This document shows positions 45,408-53,590 of a stretch of DNA of 64,000 nucleotides, piece after piece (position 1 is the first letter of the stretch; each line of letters begins with the position of its first letter). Source of the DNA: Candidatus Bruticola sp. (lineage in GTDB: Bacteria > Vulcanimicrobiota > Xenobia > Xenobiales > Xenobiaceae); NCBI GenBank assembly GCA_051874735.1, contig JBJEGD010000026.1, forward strand, positions 128,001 through 192,000, given 5' to 3'. A program made the translations under genes and the position numbers. The notes below the pieces were generated by a model. It was given only the letters and a program-made list of their open reading frames with translations, did not search any database and was not told the DNA's origin.

Positions 45408-47018
45408 TTAGGCTTTGCCGTGCATCCACTTTTTCAGCAGCGGAGTTAGAGCTAAAACTAAAATACCTGATCCAATAGACGAACAGATGAGGAAGAACCA
45501 CATGTTTATGTTATACGAATGGAGTACGCTCTCAAGGATGCCAGCAAAGTAGTTGGCCATAGCTGAAGAGAGGAACCAAAATCCCATCATAATAGACATC
45601 AGGCGATTGGGAGACAATTTGGACACCATAGAAAGGCCAACAGGAGAGAGGCAAAGTTCGCCCATGGTATGTAGGAAGTAAACACTAACTAACCACATCG
45701 GACTAACTTTAGTGCCATCTGCAGCTAAGCTGCTGCCCATGAACATAACGATAAAACCAAGACCTAAGATGATCATGCCCAAGCCCATTTTGGCTGGTAC
45801 TGAAATGGCGTATTTGGAATTATCCCATTTGTACCACATTATTGAGAAAAGCGGAGCAAATGTGCAGATAATGAAGGGATTGATAGATTGGAACCAAGAA
45901 GCGGGGATGGTGAAAGCCTTACCCAGAAGATTTACGGCACGTTGAGTTTGTTCTTCCGCAAATAGGGTCATAGTGCCTCCGGCTTGTTCGAACCCCATCC
46001 AGAAGAAAGTGACAAAAACGGTGATAATCACAATTACGCAAAGGCGATGTATTTCTTCCAGGGTGAGTTTATTGCTGCTTTTATCGGCGCCGCTGTTTTG
46101 ATTATCACCCTGTTTGTGGGTGAACAGGTAGCTGATAACAAAAGTGAACAGCACGCTTAAACCGACAGCTACAGGAAGCGGGGAAGAAGTTAGGCTGAAA
46201 GAGGCGCTCTTAGTAATATTCCAGAGCCAGCAAGAAACGGCTGTAATGCCTATTATGCCCAAAATCCAGTAGCATACTTCTAAGTAGTCCTTAGTATGGA
46301 GATGGGCATCTTCAATAGAACCTTTAAATTCAGGTGGCATGCCGGCGCCATTGAAACGGCTTTGGCCTAAATTGAAAATAATTTGACCGATGATCATACC
46401 TATACCGGCAGCAACAAAGCCCCAAGACCAGCCGAAGTTTTGGCCTAAACTTCCGCAGATAAGCGGGGAGAAGAAGGCGCCCAAGTTGATGCCCATGTAA
46501 AATATGGTAAAACCACCGTCGCGACGGGGATCGTTATCTTTGTAAAGGCCGCCTACAATATTAGAAATGTTAGGTTTAAAGAAACCGTTACCCAAAATAA
46601 GCAGGGCCAAAGCCGGATAAAGCATAGCTGGTTGAGACAGCAGCAGCTCGCCTAAAGCCATAGTACAGCCGCCTATAATAACTGCTTTGCGGGCGCCCAA
46701 AAAACGATCGGAAAGATAGCCGCCTATCAGGGGAGTTAAATAGACTAAGCCGGTGTAAATGCCGTAAAGGGCGAGGGCGTCTTTGCGTTCGTACTGCAGT
46801 TGGCTGACCAAGTACAGAACTAAAATGGCACGCATGCCGTAGTAACTGAAGCGCTCCCAAGCCTCTGCTCCGAATAGCCAGTATAGACCTTGGGGCTGCT
46901 TTGAGTCAGCTGCTTCTAGCTTAGCTTTTGCGCTTTCTTCACCTACTGATTGTTTTAGTGAATCATCGGATGAGGAGGCAGCTGGAGTGATTGATTTTTC
47001 TTCGGACAATAGATCCAC
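45408..47018 (-). CDS. POT/PTR proton-dependent oligopeptide transporter
   Basis: EAWERFSYYGMR (ExxER), GFFKPNIS, FYMGINLG, FEQ.G, WFQSINP, GELCLSPVGLS. Confidence 0.96.
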   Translation of the reverse strand: MDLLSEEKSITPAASSSDDSLKQSVGEESAKAKLEAADSKQPQGLYWLFGAEAWERFSYYGMRAILVLYLVSQLQYERKDALALYGIYTGLVYLTPLIGGYLSDRFLGARKAVIIGGCTMALGELLLSQPAMLYPALALLILGNGFFKPNISNIVGGLYKDNDPRRDGGFTIFYMGINLGAFFSPLICGSLGQNFGWSWGFVAAGIGMIIGQIIFNLGQSRFNGAGMPPEFKGSIEDAHLHTKDYLEVCYWILGIIGITAVSCWLWNITKSASFSLTSSPLPVAVGLSVLFTFVISYLFTHKQGDNQNSGADKSSNKLTLEEIHRLCVIVIITVFVTFFWMGFEQAGGTMTLFAEEQTQRAVNLLGKAFTIPASWFQSINPFIICTFAPLFSIMWYKWDNSKYAISVPAKMGLGMIILGLGFIVMFMGSSLAADGTKVSPMWLVSVYFLHTMGELCLSPVGLSMVSKLSPNRLMSIMMGFWFLSSAMANYFAGILESVLHSYNINMWFFLICSSIGSGILVLALTPLLKKWMHGKA

Positions 47019-47237
47019 CTCTCTGCATATATAGTTATAAAATAGTTAGGGTTTTAGGCTAGGGGGCTGTATTTTACTTATTGGCTACACCCTGCTCGGA
47101 ACTACTGGCCTTCGCACTTTTGTAACTTGAGCCCTGCTCCTTTACAAAGCTGCAGAGATTGAGGGATAATGCTCTGGGGTAAATTTAGGTTATGAGCCAT
47201 AATTAAGTTGTTAAGGGTGGCATTAATTTAAATGATC

Positions 47238-48071
47238 TTATTTTGCTGTCCAGGTAAGCTGGTAAAGATCTGTACGCCTGTGCTTTAATAAGGGAAGTTG
47301 TTCGCGCACTTCCTTAACTAAATTGAGATCAATCTCGATTATTTGCATTCCTTCTTCCTGTCCCATTTGTTTTATGACTTCTCCCCAGGGATCAACAGCT
47401 ATAGTGTGCCCCCACGACTGATAGGTCGCTTTTTGACAGCGAGCTGGAGCGGTGCCTAAAGCGAAAAATTGGTTAAACATAGCTTGGCTTCGGAATATAA
47501 GCTCCCAATGAGCTGGTCCAGTAGTCATATTAAAAGCGGCAGGCACCAAAACGATAGACGCTCCTTGCAGAGCCATTAGTCGTCCTAATTCTGGAAATCT
47601 GAAGTCATAACATATGCAAAGGCCGAAACGTCCAAACTCAGTGTCGAAGATGGTGGCGTGGTTGCCGGCACTTAGCGTCTCTGATTCCTGGAAATGTTGG
47701 CCATCTCTAATATTTATATCAAAAAGGTGCATTTTGCGGTGTTTAGCAATTATTTCACCGCTGGCATTAAACACGTAAGCTGTATTGAATATATGCCCGT
47801 TATAATCTTTTTCTGGCATAGAGCCGGCAGATAGATACAGTTTGTAAGTGTTGGCCATTTCAGCACAGATGTTGCAGATGGGCCCTCCTTCCTCTTCAGC
47901 ATAGCGGCTGAAAAGAGCCGTTTCGTAGGGACAACAAAACATTTCTGGCAAAGTTATCATTTGCGCTTTTGCTGAGGCGGCGCTGCGACAGATTCGCTCT
48001 AATACTGCTCTGATTTCATTGAGCGAATAGACTGTTTTTATTTGAGCTTGTAAAAGGCGTATTTTATTCAT
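47238..48071 (-). CDS. carbon-nitrogen hydrolase (Nit2/omega-amidase-like)
   Basis: LPEMF, HRKMHLFD and ICYDFRFPE catalytic triad, PAAFN.TTGPAHW; start moved to ATG 48071 because the longer ORF runs through a terminator. Confidence 0.92.
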   Translation of the reverse strand: MNKIRLLQAQIKTVYSLNEIRAVLERICRSAASAKAQMITLPEMFCCPYETALFSRYAEEEGGPICNICAEMANTYKLYLSAGSMPEKDYNGHIFNTAYVFNASGEIIAKHRKMHLFDINIRDGQHFQESETLSAGNHATIFDTEFGRFGLCICYDFRFPELGRLMALQGASIVLVPAAFNMTTGPAHWELIFRSQAMFNQFFALGTAPARCQKATYQSWGHTIAVDPWGEVIKQMGQEEGMQIIEIDLNLVKEVREQLPLLKHRRTDLYQLTWTAK

Positions 48072-48105
48072 AAGTTTATTGAAGCAGACTGGAACATAAA
48101 AACAA

Positions 48106-48135
48106 AGGCCGCTGCTTGGTACCAAGCAGCGGCCT
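48106..48135 (-). terminator. 30-bp perfect palindrome terminating PilX-like gene 1
   Basis: aggccgctgcttggtaccaagcagcggcct, followed on the minus strand by TTGTTTTT. Confidence 0.85.
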
Positions 48136-48148
48136 CCCTTAACAGTTT

Positions 48149-50521
48149 TTAGTAGTTAGCAAACATGGTCACAGTCACCTTACGATGGGCAGAAGCAACT
48201 AAAAGTTTGTTTATGTAGGCAGGATCGAAAGTCATATCTACACTTTTAGCTTTATAATAAATATTGCCCGTTCCATCTGTCTTAGTGGCTTCTCCATCAG
48301 CTTGTGGGTCTTTTCCGTAGGCAACCATGGAGCCAGTTAAATTTAAGCGGCTATTTTTGCCTATATCGACATTTATGTTGCCGCAGGCGTAGATAACGCC
48401 GGCTATTTCCTGATCGGAGTAATTAAGACTCTGGTAGCGACTGAGCAAACCGGCCAGTTGCTGAGATTTGTAAGTTTCGTAGTTTGAACTTTGCTCCGCT
48501 GGAGGAACTAGCTTGTCAGTTAAGTCTACATTAGTAATGGAAGTCATTTCCTGATTGCTTCCCCCGTCAGTGGTACTTTGAGAGGCTTCTCTACCCGCGT
48601 TATAAATTCTTCGCACATCTCGATAATATTCACAAGTCGTTGGATCATGCTTAGTAACACGAGTACCATATTGGTAAGGGCAAGAGCAATAAACAATAGA
48701 CAGATCAATTGTTTGGTAGTTGCTCAAAGTGTCCTCGCCCAACATACCTTCGGAGTAAATTTGGGCTACCATAGCTCTTCCTTTTTCATTATTTATGAAG
48801 CCTGTTATGCCTGTTATTTCTTTTCCTAAACCTCTATTCGAACTACAGTAGGCTCTATTATTATGTTTACATGATTCGCATCCATCTATAATGTTGATAT
48901 TGGCGGCAGTTTCAATGTTTATATCATCAAGTTCTGTAGCAGTTATTCCTTCGATGATTACAGGTTTTTCGTGAGCTACACCTGTAGTAGGATCTATAGC
49001 AATATTGTCATAAGGCTTGTTGGTATCTTTATTGGGAGTAGGGGAGATCTCTTCCATATGGGCTGTAGTGTTGTAAATAGTTTCCAAATTTACGTCGCCT
49101 TTAGCGTAAATAGAGACACCTACACCGGGATCCGACTCTAAAATACTAGGCCCCTGCATGCTTATATTGCCTTCGGCGGTAATGGCTCCGTTGCCAATAG
49201 TAGCTCCTGAAATGGTAATGTTGCCAGTGCCAGTTAAAATAGTAGTATCAGTGTCTCCCTGATTCTGGCTGGCAAAACCCACAATTGGACGGGTGCCATA
49301 TTCATTTATATCAGAACGAATTAACAGATCGCCGTCAACATACATGTTTTTGTCGAACATAATGGCTAAATTGTCACTGTCAACGGTCATATCTTTATTG
49401 GTATTGTTGATAACTTCATAACCGCTATCTGGAAGAGTTTGACCGTAGTAGTATATCTTACCGGGATAATGGTGCAGTTCATTTTTTCCGGAAGAATTTC
49501 TTACCCATACATAGGTACCAGCCGACAATTTTGTGTCCTTGGCTGTGGCTCGAGGAATATCTTCCCAAGAAAGGGCCGTAAAGTTTTTGCCGGAATTGCT
49601 TTGTTCACTTTTTACAGTTTTAGGATTTTTGCCATTTACTTTAAATGAGTCTCCGTAATAGACGGTTGCTCCATTTTCAACTCTAAAGCTGTTGTCGTTT
49701 TTTTTGTTAACTTTCAAATCTACTTTACCCAAAGAGCGCATGTTGGGAGCGGCAGAACCATCTGAGGAAACTAAAGAAAATGACTCTACTTTGCCTGTAA
49801 TATTGCCGGCAGCGCTGACTACAGAGTCAGAATTTAAAAAATCGGGATCGAGAGATACGTAAAGTTCTAGTATTTGCTGAGCACAGCCGGATTTTTCGTT
49901 TATAGGCTCATTTAAGGTGGCTTCACGCACCGCTTCGCCACTGAAGCCCTCTACGATAAGGTTACAGGTGGCTTTGGGAATAGTGACTGCCTGTACATTG
50001 TTGTTGGGAGTAAAAACATTTTTGGTTCCGTCGTTTACATATTTGCCCATAACTACGCCGTTTTTATCAGCGGGATAGGCAAAGCGAGGAACCGTGTTAA
50101 AAAGGTTGTTGGTGGAAATGTAAGGGGAAGCAATTTTCTTAGAGCTATTTTTCATACCGTCCAGGCCGTCATCTCCGTCTTCACAGTTAAATTTAATACG
50201 GAAGACTGATTTTTTGCCGTTAGTGCTGGTTAAAATGCCCCAGACGTTTCCTTCTGCTTCTTTTACTTCAAAATTGTTAGTTTTCAGCTCATAAGGGGAA
50301 GAGGGGTTTGCTTTCCAAAGAATATTGCTCTGCAGGCGGGTAATAGCATATTGAGCACCTGATTGAGCTGCTATCAGAGCATTTTCTTTATCGTAAAAAT
50401 TATTAGTCAGCCTGAAACTGCCGAAGTTAGAGTAAACTACTGAGCTCAGGAGCATGATAACTAAAACAACTGCTAGCATTGTTGTTATTAATACAATGCC
50501 TTTTTTCCGTCCCTTCAGCAT
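48149..50521 (-). CDS. large PilX/GspK-like minor pilin, paralog 1
   Basis: Class III signal KKG|IVLITTML.VVLVIMLLSS, A..AAQSG..YA..RL, C-terminal GVIYA.GNI..L.G.MVA beta-solenoid-like repeats; GGAGG RBS. Confidence 0.8.
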   Translation of the reverse strand: MLKGRKKGIVLITTMLAVVLVIMLLSSVVYSNFGSFRLTNNFYDKENALIAAQSGAQYAITRLQSNILWKANPSSPYELKTNNFEVKEAEGNVWGILTSTNGKKSVFRIKFNCEDGDDGLDGMKNSSKKIASPYISTNNLFNTVPRFAYPADKNGVVMGKYVNDGTKNVFTPNNNVQAVTIPKATCNLIVEGFSGEAVREATLNEPINEKSGCAQQILELYVSLDPDFLNSDSVVSAAGNITGKVESFSLVSSDGSAAPNMRSLGKVDLKVNKKNDNSFRVENGATVYYGDSFKVNGKNPKTVKSEQSNSGKNFTALSWEDIPRATAKDTKLSAGTYVWVRNSSGKNELHHYPGKIYYYGQTLPDSGYEVINNTNKDMTVDSDNLAIMFDKNMYVDGDLLIRSDINEYGTRPIVGFASQNQGDTDTTILTGTGNITISGATIGNGAITAEGNISMQGPSILESDPGVGVSIYAKGDVNLETIYNTTAHMEEISPTPNKDTNKPYDNIAIDPTTGVAHEKPVIIEGITATELDDINIETAANINIIDGCESCKHNNRAYCSSNRGLGKEITGITGFINNEKGRAMVAQIYSEGMLGEDTLSNYQTIDLSIVYCSCPYQYGTRVTKHDPTTCEYYRDVRRIYNAGREASQSTTDGGSNQEMTSITNVDLTDKLVPPAEQSSNYETYKSQQLAGLLSRYQSLNYSDQEIAGVIYACGNINVDIGKNSRLNLTGSMVAYGKDPQADGEATKTDGTGNIYYKAKSVDMTFDPAYINKLLVASAHRKVTVTMFANY

Positions 50522-50584
50522 TTCTGCCTCCCAAAAATAATTATCAGAAATAAACTGTTAAAAAGAATGGCATAAATCCTCTTA

Positions 50585-50613
50585 ATTATAGGTCTTATTA
50601 AAAAAATTATCAA
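50585..50613 (-). promoter_or_regulatory. sigma70-type promoter of PilX-like gene 1
   Basis: Minus strand TTGATA-17 bp-TATAAT; the spacer contains a T7 run. Confidence 0.7.
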
Positions 50614-50764
50614 TTAAAAAGCATATTACGTATGTTCAAGAAATAAAAAAAACTTACTTTTCGATGTATGCCTAATAGATGTCTTTTTTACAAAAGATCG
50701 CTGCTTTCGTCGTTATTTCTGTTAAGATTGCTGGCCTTAGCTTTAAAGTTATTGTAAAGAAAAA

Positions 50765-50792
50765 AGCCCCGGATTTATATAAATCCGGGGCT
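50765..50792 (-). terminator. 28-bp perfect palindrome terminating PilX-like gene 2
   Basis: agccccggatttatataaatccggggct with a T-run on the minus strand. Confidence 0.85.
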
Positions 50793-50812
50793 GGATGGGC
50801 CTAGTTTGACCT

Positions 50813-53344
50813 TTAGAAGCTGGAGAACATAATCTGTTTAAGCTTTCTCCGAGCATTCAGCGAAATAAATGAACCCATGTAATCGGGGTCTAGAGTCATA
50901 CCTACAGATTTGGCTTTTATATTTATTTGACCACCTTCGCCGTTGCCGGGAGTGCTGTTGCTAGGATCGCCTCCGTAGGCTATCATGGCGCCGGTTAAGT
51001 TGAGAGTACTATTAGAACCAAGGTCGGCATTAATATTGCCCCAAGCGTAGATAACTCCGGAAATATCTTGATCGGAATATTTTATTTCACCGTAGCGGGT
51101 CATCAAATCGCTGAGCTGACTCTGCTTTTTATCGCGGAAGTTCTTACTGGCCAATTTGCTATCAACGTAGTTTTGCACGTTGCTCAAGTTATCGGGAGTA
51201 AACTCTGCATCGGATATTTCAATAGGAGTTACAGTACCATCGTCATAGCCGTCATCGTCGTCATCGTCCCAGTTGTCATCATCAAACAGGTATTTTAATA
51301 ACTTGTTAGTCTTGTTATAAAGATCTTGACGCGCTGTGGCTATTTCCCGAAACTTATCTTCAGATAAACAGAATTTATTTCGAGTGTTTGAATCTTGAGC
51401 CTGCAGATAAGCTGAGTCATCATCTTGTTTGCATTGAATGTTACAGAAATCTACAAGACAGGTACAGTATGCAAAATCATTATAATACTCTGATGAAGGT
51501 TGCCATCCTTGTATATGTTCATGTGAGCCAGCGGCTAGAGCGGCGCCCTCTTCATATCTGGACTGATAAAAATGGTCGAAGTATTTGTCAGTTTGTTGGG
51601 GACTAAAAAGATTGGAATCTATTTGACCATTTTCTCTGTAAGCAGCTAAGTATATTGACATGAGCGTCCTATATGCATTCAGAGCATCGTTTTTCATGTT
51701 TTGAGCTTCTGTAGGATGCTCAAGCCTAACTGTTTTGCCTTTGGGGTTATTTTTATTAGGTCCTTTTGATTTTCCAGGTTCGCTGGGTTTAACACTAATC
51801 GTTGGATCGCTTTCAGCCAACTGAAATTTTTTGGGTTCAGCTTTTTTTACCGTTTCAGTTACATCTTCAATGGGCAGCAGATTGACGTCGCCTTTAGCGT
51901 AAACTGAAACGCCAACGCCAGGATCCGATTCTAAAATGCTGGGCCCTTGCAAAGAGATGTTGCCAGCTGAAATTAGGGAGCCTCCTCCTAAGGCAGCTCC
52001 TTCAATGAAAATATTGTTGTCAGAAGTTATAATCGGATAATTGCCGGAACTGTCTTTCAGAAAAGCTACAATGGGACGGGAGGCTCCACCCTCTTTATCG
52101 TAGCGAATGATAAAAGAAGAGGTTTGGCCATTGGAAGCTACAGACAGATTATCAGAAATCGTCATAGTCTGACTGCTGAAATCTATTTCTATGCCGGGCA
52201 TGTTAGCCGTTATTTTTGTTTTGGCTGTATCTGCCGGAATAGAAGTGCCAGGAGGGAAGTTGCCGTCGTAGCGAACTAATACGTTTGTTTTGCCGCTTTT
52301 GTCATCGGGATCTTTTTCCCAGCGATAAGTGCCGGCTGTAACTTTTATAAAGGATTTATCCTTGCACTTTTCCTGTACCGATTCCCACGTAACTTGGGCG
52401 AAGTTACTGGTGTCTTTGCTGGTAAAAACGGTATAGCTCGATTGCTTAGGATCTGACAGTTTAATATCGCTGGCTGCAGCTGAGACGATCTGGCCGTCAG
52501 ACATGTCGAGCAGGCCAGCATTGATGGAAGCACTACCTAAAGTTCGCATCTTGGGCGCATTGCTGCCTTTAGCATTGCTGGCTCTAATTACATTGGCCTT
52601 GATTGTCAAATTACTAGCGGCGCTAGCTACAGAGTCAGTAAATTGCTCTTCGGAATCTAAAGTTAAATAAGCTTCAGAGCGGACGGAAGTTTGGCCGGAT
52701 AAGTCGGAGCTGCGCAAAGCGGCTAAATCGTCAAGTTCTAAATCGCGCAGTGAATTGCCAGCAAAACCTTCAGCTATTAAGTAGCAGCTGGCTTTGCCTA
52801 GCTCAAAACTGGGGGAATTCTCAGCTTCAACATATTTTGTACCGTAGGAGTCGCTACTTTCTTTCAGCCTAATAGTGCCGTCAGCGGAAGCTGTATAAAC
52901 TTTAACGGGTGTGCTGTTGAATAAATTGTTTACTGAAACGTAAGGAGAAGCAATTTTGCCTGATAAGCTACTATTGTTGAGGCCATCTAAGCCGCCTGCG
53001 CCGTCTTCATAGTTGAATTTTAAACGGAAGAAAGATCTGCGGCCGTTAGATGTAGTAATACAGCCCAGTACGTTACCTTCTTTTTCAATAACTTCTAGGC
53101 CTTTGCTAGTTTCAGAAATATTTTTTGCTTCAGCTGCTCGCCAGGTAATATTGTCTTGTAGACGAGTAACGGCGTATTGTATACCTGATTGGGCCGCCAT
53201 AAGGGCTTCTTCTCTTCCGTAAAAGTTAGAGGCCAGACGCATGCCGCCCAAATTGGAGTACACAACCGAACTTAGTAGCATGATTACTAACACAACGGTG
53301 AGCATTGTAGTTATCAACACAATGCCGCGTTTGTTTTTTAGCAT
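50813..53344 (-). CDS. large PilX/GspK-like minor pilin, paralog 2
   Basis: MLKNKRG|IVLITTML; same scaffold as paralogs 1 and 3; ATG 53344 with AAGGAGG RBS. Confidence 0.8.
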   Translation of the reverse strand: MLKNKRGIVLITTMLTVVLVIMLLSSVVYSNLGGMRLASNFYGREEALMAAQSGIQYAVTRLQDNITWRAAEAKNISETSKGLEVIEKEGNVLGCITTSNGRRSFFRLKFNYEDGAGGLDGLNNSSLSGKIASPYVSVNNLFNSTPVKVYTASADGTIRLKESSDSYGTKYVEAENSPSFELGKASCYLIAEGFAGNSLRDLELDDLAALRSSDLSGQTSVRSEAYLTLDSEEQFTDSVASAASNLTIKANVIRASNAKGSNAPKMRTLGSASINAGLLDMSDGQIVSAAASDIKLSDPKQSSYTVFTSKDTSNFAQVTWESVQEKCKDKSFIKVTAGTYRWEKDPDDKSGKTNVLVRYDGNFPPGTSIPADTAKTKITANMPGIEIDFSSQTMTISDNLSVASNGQTSSFIIRYDKEGGASRPIVAFLKDSSGNYPIITSDNNIFIEGAALGGGSLISAGNISLQGPSILESDPGVGVSVYAKGDVNLLPIEDVTETVKKAEPKKFQLAESDPTISVKPSEPGKSKGPNKNNPKGKTVRLEHPTEAQNMKNDALNAYRTLMSIYLAAYRENGQIDSNLFSPQQTDKYFDHFYQSRYEEGAALAAGSHEHIQGWQPSSEYYNDFAYCTCLVDFCNIQCKQDDDSAYLQAQDSNTRNKFCLSEDKFREIATARQDLYNKTNKLLKYLFDDDNWDDDDDDGYDDGTVTPIEISDAEFTPDNLSNVQNYVDSKLASKNFRDKKQSQLSDLMTRYGEIKYSDQDISGVIYAWGNINADLGSNSTLNLTGAMIAYGGDPSNSTPGNGEGGQINIKAKSVGMTLDPDYMGSFISLNARRKLKQIMFSSF

Positions 53345-53478
53345 ATCTGCCAACCTCCTTTACCTAAATTTTTATGCAGCTTTTAGGAGAGTTGTTGTAA
53401 AGCCGCTCGGTATTTTTCTTGTTTATGTTGTGTTTGAAGTTTGCTCCCATAAAAAGAGCCTAATCTAGGCTATTACAC

Positions 53479-53528
53479 AATTAGAGCCCGCGTCCTTTAT
53501 AAAAAATTAAGAAACGTGGGCTCTAATT
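53479..53528. terminator. inverted repeat downstream of PilX-like gene 3
   Basis: aattagagccc.cgt ... acg.gggctctaatt arms; U-tail on the minus strand is weak. Confidence 0.55.
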
Positions 53529-53590
53529 TATTTTTTGTTTAATTTAGGCTTGATGCTGCGATGCTGGATCGCACAGCATAGCGTAGCTAT

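Noticed and set aside
47019-47237. Riboswitch upstream of the POT transporter
   Set aside because: Only an 8-nt direct repeat (ccctgctc) is visible; no recognisable aptamer or terminator/antiterminator pair
48072-48125. N-terminal extension of the nitrilase in the ORF track
   Set aside because: It runs through the palindromic terminator of the upstream gene; ATG 48071 fits the family start
48860-48885. c-type heme motif in pilin insert 1
   Set aside because: The sequence is CESCKH (CxxCxH), not CxxCH
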